NCBI GenBank assembly: GCA_964409245.1 | Contig: CAYPCQ010000010.1 | Coordinates: 29,771 to 93,770, forward strand | DNA: 64,000 bases | Source of the DNA: an uncultured Verrucomicrobiota bacterium | Lineage (GTDB): Bacteria; Verrucomicrobiota; Verrucomicrobiia; Limisphaerales; UBA1319 | Direction of reading: 5' to 3' | Notes under the pieces: model-generated | Told to the model about the DNA's origin: nothing | Databases searched by the model: none | Seen by the model: the letters and a program-made list of their open reading frames with translations, nothing else | Shown here: positions 1 through 9,874 of the stretch, piece after piece | Position numbering within the stretch: position 1 is the stretch's first letter | Layout of the letters: every line of letters starts with the position of its first letter | Translations under genes and position numbers: made by a program

Positions 1-1
1 G

Positions 2-520
2 CCGTTTTACTTTAGCAATGGGGCGCTGGCGGAGGTTTATCGAAGCGGGCAAAATATATCGATTTCTTTCGATAAGACTGCCAATGGTTTTCGGCTGCCC
101 ACCGAGGCCGAATGGGAAAGAGCGGCGCGGGGAGGATTGGAGCACAATCGGTTTCCAAACGGTGACACCATCAGCCATAGTGGCGCGAATTATTTCAGCA
201 GCGATGATTACAGTTATGACGTCAGTCCAACCCGTGGGTTTAATCAGAAATGCGCGGACACTTGTCCGCCAGGTTCCTTTGGTCCCAACAAGTATGGATT
301 GCATGACATGGCGGGGAACATGTCCGAGTGGTGTCACGATGGATATGGTGCGTACTCTAGCGAAAACCATCTCGATCCCTATGGGACGGGATCATCCAGC
401 CGTGTCGCGCGCGGCGGTCATTACCAGGGTAAGGCTAATCTCTGCCGGGTGTCGAGCAGAGCTTCCAGTCCGGCTGGAAGCGGGCTGCATGGATTCCGGG
501 TTGTGCTCAAGATCAAGTGA
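2..520 (+). CDS. Formylglycine-generating-enzyme (FGE/SUMF1)-sulfatase domain protein, C-terminal part (5' end outside window)
   Basis: Frame 2 is open from base 2. The translation ...NGFRLPTEAEWERAARGG...HDMAGNMSEWCHD...RVARGGHY...GFRVVLKIK matches the classic FGE-sulfatase domain signature. Confidence 0.85.
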   Translation, partial: PFYFSNGALAEVYRSGQNISISFDKTANGFRLPTEAEWERAARGGLEHNRFPNGDTISHSGANYFSSDDYSYDVSPTRGFNQKCADTCPPGSFGPNKYGLHDMAGNMSEWCHDGYGAYSSENHLDPYGTGSSSRVARGGHYQGKANLCRVSSRASSPAGSGLHGFRVVLKIK

Positions 521-856
521 ATGATCCGCGCCCCGTATCTCCAATAAAATCACACGTTCGTTTTGTACGCCTTGGCGGTGGCAACAGTGGCACGCCACAA
601 ATATTTCCTTAGCCGTGTCCATGCATTTTGGAGGGGAAAAATTGCGCCGCACCAATTTCCTGAACTCGACGCTTCGCCGAAACCTAAAATACCCTTCAGA
701 AGCGTGCACATTTAGCGCCGCGGATCCCTTGAAGAGGGTGGCGGCCTGGACTGAACCCATGGCCGTGAACCCATGGCCGTGAACGCTGGCGGGGCGAAAG
801 GTGGGTGAAGTGGGCCAAACTAACGCCCACGCTCCATCTTGACTTCCTTGTAAATC

Positions 857-2047
857 ATGGGACTATCTATTGATATGCAAGAAACCATTCAGCGACGTGG
901 TTTGTTGGAAAACGTTGTTTTGCGGCTTCAGGAATCACCGGCTGTGGTTTTATTAGGGGCCAGACAAATGGGAAAAACCACGCTGGCGGGACAGGTGGCG
1001 AAGCAATTTGGCGCCACCACGGTTTTTGACCTTGAACGCTCAACGGGACGGGCGGCACTGCAAAACACGCCAGAGCTGGCATTGGCGGACTGCCAGGGTT
1101 TGGTCGTGATTGATGAGATACAACGAATGCCAGAACTGTATTCGATTTTGCGCCCTTTATGCGATGATCTTGATCGAAAAGCCAATTTTCTCCTGCTGGG
1201 AAGCGCATCGCCCGAACTGGTGCGCGGAGTATCGGAGTCTCTGGCTGGCCGGGTGCAGTTTGTCTCGGTGAGCGGATTCTCACTGGATGATCTGGGTGGC
1301 CACCAGCAGGACCGGCTCTGGATTCGCGGTGGATTTCCCAGGGCTTACCTGGCTGAAACGGATGAAGCTGCCCAACGATGGCTGGAAGGATTCCGGCAAA
1401 CATTCCTGGAACGTGATATCCCCGGATTAGGGCTCCGAGTGGCGGCGGCGGCGCTGGAACGATTTTGGACGATGATGGCGCATTACCACGGGCAAACCTG
1501 GAATGCGGCGGAACTTGGGAGAGCCATGTCGGTCAATCCCGGCACCGTGAACCATTACCGGGATATATTAGCTGGAACCTACCTGGCAAGAGTGCTTCCG
1601 CCATGGCATGAAAACCTGCGCAAGCGACAGGTCAAAGCCCCGAAGGTGTATTTGCGTGATAGCGGTTTGCTGCATCATTTTCTTGGCCTCACCAGCCTGG
1701 CCGGGCTGCGGGCTCATCCCCGATATGGCGCGAGCTGGGAAGGTTTTGCGATCGAGCAAACGCTGATTCACCTGGGCGAACGCGATGCCTATTTCTGGAG
1801 CACCCAGAGCGGGGCTGAGCTGGATTTACTGTTGATGCGCCAGGGGCAACGGTGGGGGTTTGAGTTTAAATGTTCAGACGCCCCAACAACCAACAAGTCC
1901 ATGCACATCGCTTTGGCGGATCTCGGACTAAAGCATCTTTGGGTGGTGTATCCTGGCCATGATCGGTACCGGCTTGCGGATCACATCACAGCCTTGCCTT
2001 TAGCCTGCCTCCCTTCAGTGAATGACGTAATCCAATCAAATGCATGA
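857..2047 (+). CDS. AAA+ ATPase of the AAA_14/DUF4143 type
   Basis: 396-aa ORF with Walker A GARQMGKTTLA and Walker B-like LVVIDEIQR. The C-terminal half (...WGFEFKCSD...) is typical of DUF4143. An alternative start (MQETIQ) lies at 875. Confidence 0.8.
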   Translation: MGLSIDMQETIQRRGLLENVVLRLQESPAVVLLGARQMGKTTLAGQVAKQFGATTVFDLERSTGRAALQNTPELALADCQGLVVIDEIQRMPELYSILRPLCDDLDRKANFLLLGSASPELVRGVSESLAGRVQFVSVSGFSLDDLGGHQQDRLWIRGGFPRAYLAETDEAAQRWLEGFRQTFLERDIPGLGLRVAAAALERFWTMMAHYHGQTWNAAELGRAMSVNPGTVNHYRDILAGTYLARVLPPWHENLRKRQVKAPKVYLRDSGLLHHFLGLTSLAGLRAHPRYGASWEGFAIEQTLIHLGERDAYFWSTQSGAELDLLLMRQGQRWGFEFKCSDAPTTNKSMHIALADLGLKHLWVVYPGHDRYRLADHITALPLACLPSVNDVIQSNA

Positions 2048-2051
2048 TCCA

Positions 2052-2090
2052 AATCCCCGCCGCAGCCTGCGGGGATTATTCGTCATATTG
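2052..2090 (+). terminator. Candidate rho-independent terminator after the AAA+ ATPase gene
   Basis: Perfect 9-bp stem aatccccgc/gcggggatt with an 8-nt loop, starting 5 nt after the stop. The trailing tract attattcgtcatatt is only moderately T-rich. Confidence 0.4.
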
Positions 2091-2778
2091 CTGGTGGTTT
2101 CAAATCAAGCCGGCCATTGGCAATCCCGGTTTCTGAACCCCAAACCTCGCTTGCTAAATCCAATTTTCAGGGAACCAGTTACTCAAGGCAAGTGCCAGTC
2201 CTCACCATCGACCCATGTCGAGGGTATGTCTTTTCAGGTAGGAGATTGGAAACATGCGTCCAACTGCCCACGTGCAAACGTTGCGCGATCCATTTTAAAC
2301 GATTTTAAACTCACCGGCGTTTCCTGCCATTCCGCACCGCAGTGATCGGCGCCAACCCTCGCCACCGCCGCCGCCGAAAACTCCTGGCAAAACTCATCGC
2401 CACCCAGGCACCAACCCCGCTCAATCTCTCCCAATGGCCGCCGCGAATCATCATGTGATGCCTGGCACCCGGATATTCCATGCGCAGTTTTCAAAGCGCA
2501 GCGGCAGTCTTTACCATCGCGTTAATAGTCAATAGCGAGGCCTGACACTTATACCGTCCAACCCTGGTATCAAAGTTGCGTTCCCTTTTAACCAAACCGC
2601 CCATTGCTTCTTCCGGAGCGCCAGGGAAAACCAGCCGCCCCCCCGGAGGCGGCGGTTTGGGCCTCCCGCGCCAAGGGACCACCCCGGGCGGGATTGCCGA
2701 GCGCGGCCCGCCGATCGTTTTATGATCGTTTTATGAGTTTGATTTTTTAGCGCGAGGTGTATAGAATGATCGTTAGCT

Positions 2779-5700
2779 ATGCAAACACCTGGCCTGAGTT
2801 TACATTTGGCAACCGTCTCCAACCAAACCACCTTTCCAAGCATCAGAATCCTGCTGCTGGCACTTTCCTCAGCCATTTCTGCCTGGGGAGCCAAGCCCTG
2901 GCCCACTGAGGCCTTGGAACTGGCTTTTCCGGGCGGGCCTGCCGGCTCCGCGGCCATCCGGCCGGCGGAATATGTGCCGCTGGAGGTTTCTCTGGCGCGA
3001 ACCCGGGGCAATCCCGCCGGGATCGAGGTGGTTTTTACGGCCCCGGTGGCGGCGGCCACCGCCACCAATCCCGCCAATTATGCCATTGCCCCCGCGGTGC
3101 CGGTCCAAAGCGTCCGGATGGGATCGGATTCGGCCACCGTCTGGCTGGCCACCGGGCCGATGGCCTCCGGGGTGGCGCATACTTTATCGATAAGCGGGGT
3201 GCAGGATCTAAGCCTGCCGCCCAACACCGTGCCACCCAATACCAGCCTGCCGATCCTGAAGGCCCAGGGGGTGATTTCCCGCAAAGTGTTCACCGGGCTG
3301 GCCAACGGCACGCTCACCAACCTGGCCAGCCAGCCCAAATTCCCGGACCAACCGGATGGATCGGATTTTCTGGCGGTTTTGGAGATCCCCTCCGATGCGG
3401 CGAATTTGTATGGCACCCAGGTGGCTGGCTTTCTGCATCCGCCAGTGACGGGCGATTATTACTTTTACCTGGCGGCGGATAATCAAGGCGCGCTTTACTT
3501 AAGCCCGGACGCCAATCCCGCGAACAAAGTGGAACTGATCCGGGTCCTGGCGCCGACCGGCGGCGCCCGGCAGTGGACGGTTTCGGCCAGCCAGCAGTCC
3601 GCCGCGATGCGGCTGGAAGGGGGCAAAAGCTATTACCTCGAGGGCCTGATGGCGGAAGGGGATGGCGCCGATTACCTGGCGGTCACCTGGCGGCTGCGCG
3701 GGATGCCCTTGCCCGCGAATGGGGCTCCGCCGATCCCGGGAGAGTTCCTATCCTCACTGGTTCCTTCCGGGCCGGCCAGCCTGGCGGCGCAGCCGCAGCC
3801 GGTGACCGTCCCGGAATGGGGCTCCGCCACCTTCAGCGGGGTGGCCGGGGGAACTCCGCCCTATGCGTGGCAGTGGCTGCGGGATGGCCTGGAAATCCCG
3901 GGCGCCAACGAAGCCCGCTACACCATGGCGGCGGCCAGCATGAGCGACCAGGGCGCCCGGTTCGCCGTGCGGGTGGAGAACAGCTTCAGCTCCGTGACCA
4001 GCGGCACAGCGGTCCTGACGGTGCAGGCGGATCTGGCCCCGCCGGCTTTGGTGCGCGTGGCGGGGAGCCCCACGATGGACCGGGTTTCCCTTTCCTTTTC
4101 CAAACCGCTGGATCCGGCCACGGCGATGAACCCGCGGATATACGCTTTGGATGGGGGCCTGGCGGTGCTGGGCGCGCGCCTGCTATCCGGCCAAAGCAAC
4201 GTGGTATTGTTCACCACCCGGCAGCGGGAGGGGCAGCGCTATGCCCTGGACATCAATGGCATCCGGGACAACTCGGCCTCCCACAACGCCGCCGCCCTCA
4301 GCACCCATTTCACAGCGTGGGTGGCCACGCGGGGGTTTGCCCGGCGGGAGGTGTTCAACGGCATCGCCGGCGCGACCTTGGCGGAGCTGACCAACCATTA
4401 TAAATTCCCCGAGCTCCCGGATGCGGCCGGCTACGTGGGCCAGCTGGAGGCGCCCGGCAACGCGGGGGACAGCTATGGCCAGCGCCTGATGGCCCTGGTG
4501 CAGGCCCCGGTGACGGGATACTACCGGTTCTACATCGCCTCCGACGACGAGGGGGCGCTGTTCCTCAGCACCGACGAAACGGCCGCGAACTTGAGGCGCA
4601 TCGCCCGGGAGCCGCAATATAACTCCGCGCGCAATTGGGTGGGCACCGACCGCCGCACGGCGGCCAGCCCGGAAAACCGCTCGCAGCCAATCCTGCTGCA
4701 GGCCGGCCAGCGTTATTACCTGGAGGCGCTGATGAAGGAAAACACGCAAACCGACAACCTGGCCGTGCTCTGGCAGCCGCCCGGCGCGCCCGCACCCACC
4801 AACGGGGCGCCACCGATCCCCGGGGCCTGGCTGCATGGTTTCGCGGAGCCGGGCGCGGCCTCGCTGTCCATCACCCAGCAGCCCCAGAGCCTGGTGGTCC
4901 TGGAGAACGCCACCGCCGCTTTTTCCGTGCGGGTGGCGGCCACCGGGCCGGTGTTTTACCAATGGCAGAAAAACGGGGTTGACCTGGATGGCGCCGGGGG
5001 CTCGAACTACCTCGCCGGCCCGCTCGCGCGGGACGAGGGCGGCGCGCGGTTCCGCTGCCTGGTCACCGTGCCCGGCCTGGCCGTGGGGAGCAGCGAGGCG
5101 GTGCTGACGGTGACCCCGGACACCACCACGCCGCAGCTGGTTTCCGCCGCCGCCCTGGCCGGAGCCGGCACCGTGGGGCTGGTTTTCAGCGAGGCCATGA
5201 GCCCGGCGGGCGCCACCAATCCCGCCCATTATGCCGCCAGCACCGGCGCCCGGATTGCCAAAGCCAACTTGCGCGCGGACGGCCAGTCCGCCAGCCTCAG
5301 CCTGGCGGCCCTCGCCTACGCCAATTTCTCGCTGGCGGTGAGCAACCTGGCGGATCTTTCCGGCCGGAATTTCATCCCCAATGGCGCCAGCGTCCCGGTG
5401 GAAGTCCAATCCCTGGACGCCCAGGACGTGGGGACCGCCGGCGTGGATCCCAAGGAGCCCGGCTCCACGTTCACCGGCCGGCTGGGTGATTTCGAGGTGA
5501 TCATGGGCGGCTCGCAGATCGGCGGTGTGGCGGATGCCTTCCATTTTGTGAGCGAGCTGCGTGAGGGGGATTTCGATCTCAAGGTGCGGGTGGCCCGTTT
5601 CACCGGGGTGCGCGCCGCCTGGGCCGGGATCATGATCCGCGCCAACCTCTCGCCCGGCAGCCCCTGCCACTTCGCCGGGCTGCAGCCGGCCGACGGCAAC

Positions 5701-8700
5701 AATTACTACAGCACCACCTGGCGCTCGAACCAGGCGGCCCAGGCCGCCACCGTCTGGCCCAATCAGAAGACCAGCCCGGGCGTGCCCCTCCCCAACGCCT
5801 GGCTGCGCCTGCAGCGGCAGGGCAACACCTTGACCGCCTACCGGGGCACCAACGGCACCTTGTGGACCCAATACGCGCAGGCGGCGGTCACTTATTCCAA
5901 CCGGGTCTATGTGGGGCTGGCCTCCTGCGCGGCCCAAAACGTGGCGGGGCAGACCGGTTCAGTTTGGTATCGCGACTTCCAGGCGCAGCCCGCGGGGGCG
6001 GGGTCCGGACGGGTGGATCTGCTCGTCAAAACCGCCGTCCAGCCGGAGGCCAATTACGCGCTGAACGACGTTTACCAGGCGCTGCCCTCGGGCGCCCAAG
6101 CCTGCCCGCAGCTGGCCACGGTGGATTCCGCAGCGGGCTTCCAGGTGAAGGTGGAGAATGACAGCGCCTACACCCAGTCCCCAGTGATCAGGGCCACCGA
6201 AAGCCCTGAAACGGGCTGGTCCGTGCTTTACCGGGCCGGCACCAACGACATTTCCAGCCTGGTCCGCTCCGCCAATGGCTATGTGGTTTCAAACCTGCTG
6301 GCCGGCGCCGCGCAGATCCTGTCCGTGGAATTCCTCCCCGGGGACCGCATCCTTGCGGGAACCCGCAAAACCGCCGTCGTGAAGGCCGGGGGCGCGCCTT
6401 TCGCCAGCACCCTCAAGGACGTGGTGCAATTGGAGGCGATCGCCGACCCGGTTTACCAGCCGGACCTGATGATCCGCCGTCTGACGGATGTGAACTATCG
6501 GGGCGAAGGCATATTCAACAACACCGGGGCGGACCAGTCGAAGACCTTGTCAGTGGAACCGGGCCTCACCGCCACCTACCAGGTCCAGGCCGTCAACCGG
6601 GGCAACCGCACCAACCTTTTCCAGCTGAGCGGAACTTCCAGTGCCAGCGGCTGGACCGTGCGGTATTTGGATGCCTTGAATGGCGGCGCGGACGTGACCG
6701 CCGATATGGCCGGCCGGGGCACCCTCATCTCCCTGGTGCCAGGCGGCTCGTGGGAATACCGCGTGGAGATGACCCCCGGCCCGCTGGTGGCGGATGGTTC
6801 CTCCAACACCGTCCTGGTGACGGCGCAATCGGTCAATTACCCGGCCCACAGCGACACGGTGGCGGCGATCACCATCTGCCAGCCGCCCAGCACTTCGCCG
6901 CTCTCGGGCACCTATACCACGGATGCCGATTTCGAGCGCGGCACCCTGGCGGGCACAGAGTATGCCGGAAACCAGGTCCAGCTGGCCCGGGAATCCCTGA
7001 CGCTGCCGTTCATCTGGGTGCCCAACTCCAACGAGGGAACCGTTTCCAAAGTGGACACGCGCACGGGCCGCGAATTGGGCCGGTACCGGACCGGGCCGAA
7101 CAGCGGGCCGAATCCGTCGCGGACCACGGTGGACCAATACGGGAATTGCTGGGTGGGCAACCGCAACAGCGGTTCGGTGGTCAAAATCGGGCTGTATGAA
7201 AACGGCCAGTTCATCGACCGCAACACCAATGGCGTGATCGAAACTTCCCAGGATCTCAACGGGGATGGGAACATCACCGGCAGCGAGATCCTGGCCTGGG
7301 GGCAGGATGAGTGCGTCCTGGTGGAATCCATCATCATTCCCGGCCGGGAAGGGGCGTTTGCGCCGGGCAAATTCACGGGTACTTACGGCGGCTATGGGAA
7401 CGCCGGGGCCCGGTCCATCGCCGTGGATTGGCAGGGCAATATCTGGGCCGGCAATTACACCGCCAAAACCTATTACCACCTGGAAAATGCCACCGGCAGG
7501 ATCCTGCGGACCAACGATGTTTCCCCCACGCACACCCCGTATGGGGCCGTGGTGGATGGCAACGGGATCCTGTGGTCCTCCAGCCTGGCCGCCCATGTGA
7601 TGCGCCTGAATCCGGCGGACAACACCTTTTCACTGGTGAACATCGGGCACACCAGCTATGGGCTGGGCCTGGACCGGAATGGGCATTTGTTTGTCTCCGG
7701 CTGGGATTCCTCGTCCTTGACCCGGATCAACGTGAACACCGGCGTAAAGGATTGGACCATCACCGCCCCCAACCAGACCAAGGGCGTGGCCGTGGGCAAG
7801 GATGGGGATGTATGGGTGGCGGGTTATGGGGGCAACAACATCACCCGGTGGACCCCGGACGGCGTGCTCAAGGCCGCCATCCCGGTGGGCACGAACCCCA
7901 CCGGGGTATCCGTGGATCCCTCGGGAAAAGTGTGGGCCGTGGATTTGGGGGATGAGTTCATTTACCGGGTCGATCCCGCCACCGACCTGGTGGATCTCAC
8001 CAAGCGGCTGGTGGGCACCACCCATTACGGCTACAGCGACATGACCGGGCTGGTCGCGCGCAACGCCACCATCAAGTATGGCGCCTGGACCGTGATCCAC
8101 GACGCCCAGTTGAACTTCGCCCCGTGGGGCAACCTGGCCTGGCACGCCTCGGATCCCACCGGCAGCAACCTGGTGGTGCGCGTGCGCAGCGCCAATACCC
8201 TGGGCTTTTGGTCGGATTGGGAAATCGCGCGGAGCGGATCCCCCCTCCAGGCCACCCCGCCCGGGCGGTATTTGCAGGTGGAGGCTGGTTTCCGGGCCGC
8301 CCTGAACGAGGCTTCCCCGGTCCTTTACGACCTGTCCGTGGCGCCCCTGGCGCAGCGGGTGGCCGACCTGTCCGTGACGCAGAGCTTCACCCCGGCCACG
8401 CCGGTCAATCAAAAGCCGTTCACGCTCACGGTGGCGGTGGCCAACCGGGGGCCGGATGAAGCGCGGGGCGTGGTGCTCAATAACCAGTTGTCGGTGGAGC
8501 TGCCCGTGGTTTCAGCCACGGTGTCCCAGGGCAGCCTGTCCCGGACGGGGAACGTGGTGCGCTGCCAGCTGGGCAATTTGGCGGCCGGCGCGAGCGCCAC
8601 GCTGACGCTGGTGTTCCTCCCGAATGCGGAAATGCCGGTCACCAACACCACCAGCCTGGCCAGCTATGAGATCGACCCCGCTCCGGCAAACAATCGCGCC

Positions 8701-9618
8701 GTGCTGGCGGCGTGGATCACCGCGCCCGGCTGTGCGGCGCCTCCCGAAGATCTCGTGGCCTGGTGGCCGGGGGAAGGCAACGGATTCGACCTCGTGAGCA
8801 CCAATCACGCCCAATATGACGGCGCCGTGACCAATCTCGCGGGCAAGGTGGGGCAGGCATTCGTATTCAATGGCGCCAACGCCTACCTGAAGGTGCCGGC
8901 GGCCACCAATCTCAACGTGGGCGCCGCCGAGGGCCTCACCATTGAAGCCTGGATCAAGCCCGGCGACCTCACCTCGCGCCCGCTGCTGGAATGGCCTTCG
9001 CGCTCCACCGGCTGGGGCCTGCATTTCTGGTCGTCGGTGGCCTCCAGCGGGGGTGGGGCCGGATCCCTCTATGCCAACCTGGCCGATGTGGACCGCAAGG
9101 ATCACATCTGCTCCACCGCGCCGGGCGTGCTCGTGGCGGGGGTATGGCAGCATGTGGCGCTGACCTATGAAAAGGCCTTCGGCAACGCCCGGTTCTACGT
9201 CAATGGCACCAACGTGGCGACCAAAGCCGTGGGCATCTTTACGCCTCAGACGGGAACCGACTTGCATGTGGGTTTCCGGCCGTCCAGCAACTACCGGTTC
9301 CTCGGCGCCATGGATGAGATCTCACTATACAAGCGGGCGCTCGCGGAGATGGAAATCGCGGCGATCTACGCGGCCTCCTATTCCGGCAAGTGCCAGGCGG
9401 AGCCGCCCGCCCTCAAGCTGGGCCGGGACCTGAACCGGGATCTCATCTTGTCCTGGCCGGCCAGCGCCACCGGGTTCGGGTTGGAATACTCCACCAGCCT
9501 GGGCCAGCCGGCCTGGTCCTTGGCGGCGGAGACCCCCGCTTTGAACGGGGACCGCTACGAAATCAAGCTTCAAAGCCCCCTGGGCACCATCCGCATTTAT
9601 CGCCTGCGGCGGCCTTGA
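2779..9618 (+). CDS. Giant secreted multidomain protein (2279 aa): duplicated [Ig-like - PA14-like - Ig] modules, ConA-like domain, CARDB/DUF11-like domains, beta-propeller, LamG domain, shared C-terminal module
   Basis: Signal-peptide-like N-terminus (IRILLLALSSAISAWGA). PA14-like cores GDYYFYLAADNQGALYLS and GYYRFYIASDDEGALFLS. Propeller-like repeats (GNCWVGNRNSGSVVKI, GNIWAGNY, GHLFVSGW, GDVWVAGY, GKVWAVD). DUF11-like ADLSVTQSF...VAVANRGPD. LamG signature ...MDEISLYKRALAEMEIAAIY. The protein ends IRIYRLRRP. Confidence 0.9.
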   Translation: MQTPGLSLHLATVSNQTTFPSIRILLLALSSAISAWGAKPWPTEALELAFPGGPAGSAAIRPAEYVPLEVSLARTRGNPAGIEVVFTAPVAAATATNPANYAIAPAVPVQSVRMGSDSATVWLATGPMASGVAHTLSISGVQDLSLPPNTVPPNTSLPILKAQGVISRKVFTGLANGTLTNLASQPKFPDQPDGSDFLAVLEIPSDAANLYGTQVAGFLHPPVTGDYYFYLAADNQGALYLSPDANPANKVELIRVLAPTGGARQWTVSASQQSAAMRLEGGKSYYLEGLMAEGDGADYLAVTWRLRGMPLPANGAPPIPGEFLSSLVPSGPASLAAQPQPVTVPEWGSATFSGVAGGTPPYAWQWLRDGLEIPGANEARYTMAAASMSDQGARFAVRVENSFSSVTSGTAVLTVQADLAPPALVRVAGSPTMDRVSLSFSKPLDPATAMNPRIYALDGGLAVLGARLLSGQSNVVLFTTRQREGQRYALDINGIRDNSASHNAAALSTHFTAWVATRGFARREVFNGIAGATLAELTNHYKFPELPDAAGYVGQLEAPGNAGDSYGQRLMALVQAPVTGYYRFYIASDDEGALFLSTDETAANLRRIAREPQYNSARNWVGTDRRTAASPENRSQPILLQAGQRYYLEALMKENTQTDNLAVLWQPPGAPAPTNGAPPIPGAWLHGFAEPGAASLSITQQPQSLVVLENATAAFSVRVAATGPVFYQWQKNGVDLDGAGGSNYLAGPLARDEGGARFRCLVTVPGLAVGSSEAVLTVTPDTTTPQLVSAAALAGAGTVGLVFSEAMSPAGATNPAHYAASTGARIAKANLRADGQSASLSLAALAYANFSLAVSNLADLSGRNFIPNGASVPVEVQSLDAQDVGTAGVDPKEPGSTFTGRLGDFEVIMGGSQIGGVADAFHFVSELREGDFDLKVRVARFTGVRAAWAGIMIRANLSPGSPCHFAGLQPADGNNYYSTTWRSNQAAQAATVWPNQKTSPGVPLPNAWLRLQRQGNTLTAYRGTNGTLWTQYAQAAVTYSNRVYVGLASCAAQNVAGQTGSVWYRDFQAQPAGAGSGRVDLLVKTAVQPEANYALNDVYQALPSGAQACPQLATVDSAAGFQVKVENDSAYTQSPVIRATESPETGWSVLYRAGTNDISSLVRSANGYVVSNLLAGAAQILSVEFLPGDRILAGTRKTAVVKAGGAPFASTLKDVVQLEAIADPVYQPDLMIRRLTDVNYRGEGIFNNTGADQSKTLSVEPGLTATYQVQAVNRGNRTNLFQLSGTSSASGWTVRYLDALNGGADVTADMAGRGTLISLVPGGSWEYRVEMTPGPLVADGSSNTVLVTAQSVNYPAHSDTVAAITICQPPSTSPLSGTYTTDADFERGTLAGTEYAGNQVQLARESLTLPFIWVPNSNEGTVSKVDTRTGRELGRYRTGPNSGPNPSRTTVDQYGNCWVGNRNSGSVVKIGLYENGQFIDRNTNGVIETSQDLNGDGNITGSEILAWGQDECVLVESIIIPGREGAFAPGKFTGTYGGYGNAGARSIAVDWQGNIWAGNYTAKTYYHLENATGRILRTNDVSPTHTPYGAVVDGNGILWSSSLAAHVMRLNPADNTFSLVNIGHTSYGLGLDRNGHLFVSGWDSSSLTRINVNTGVKDWTITAPNQTKGVAVGKDGDVWVAGYGGNNITRWTPDGVLKAAIPVGTNPTGVSVDPSGKVWAVDLGDEFIYRVDPATDLVDLTKRLVGTTHYGYSDMTGLVARNATIKYGAWTVIHDAQLNFAPWGNLAWHASDPTGSNLVVRVRSANTLGFWSDWEIARSGSPLQATPPGRYLQVEAGFRAALNEASPVLYDLSVAPLAQRVADLSVTQSFTPATPVNQKPFTLTVAVANRGPDEARGVVLNNQLSVELPVVSATVSQGSLSRTGNVVRCQLGNLAAGASATLTLVFLPNAEMPVTNTTSLASYEIDPAPANNRAVLAAWITAPGCAAPPEDLVAWWPGEGNGFDLVSTNHAQYDGAVTNLAGKVGQAFVFNGANAYLKVPAATNLNVGAAEGLTIEAWIKPGDLTSRPLLEWPSRSTGWGLHFWSSVASSGGGAGSLYANLADVDRKDHICSTAPGVLVAGVWQHVALTYEKAFGNARFYVNGTNVATKAVGIFTPQTGTDLHVGFRPSSNYRFLGAMDEISLYKRALAEMEIAAIYAASYSGKCQAEPPALKLGRDLNRDLILSWPASATGFGLEYSTSLGQPAWSLAAETPALNGDRYEIKLQSPLGTIRIYRLRRP

Positions 9619-9874
9619 GCGGTTCAACGGAGAGGCAGGGTGAGCCGGCCTTTGCCGGGCTGGCGGTGGTGGCGGCGGGTCCGAAGGCTTCGCCCTGGGC
9701 TGGGACCGCCGCCCGTTGGGGCTTTTTAAAGGCCGCAATTGAAATGCTCTCGGCTCAACGGGCGCCATAATCTGCGGCGCAATCTCTGCCCTTCCAACGG
9801 TGGGGATACGGTTCAGCGCATCGGTTGCCGCAGCACGGTTTTCCATTGGCTGGGATCGGCTTTCCGGATGTCAC

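Noticed and set aside
753-784. 14-bp tandem duplication gaacccatggccgt x2.3 in the intergenic region upstream of the AAA+ ATPase gene
   Set aside because: It is real but looks like a trivial slippage duplication. No palindromic or promoter-like features are evident.
2-856. Possibility that the FGE-sulfatase-domain gene is a diversity-generating-retroelement target with a template repeat downstream
   Set aside because: The 3' end of the gene has no Asn/AAC-rich variable-region character. I found no copy of the gene's 3' ~120 bp in 521-856, and the next gene is an AAA+ ATPase rather than a reverse transcriptase.
2234-2494. 86-aa minus-strand ORF and other small ORFs in the 730-bp gap 2048-2778 as remnants of a decayed gene
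   Set aside because: I could not recognise any family motif in any frame. It is left as non-coding.
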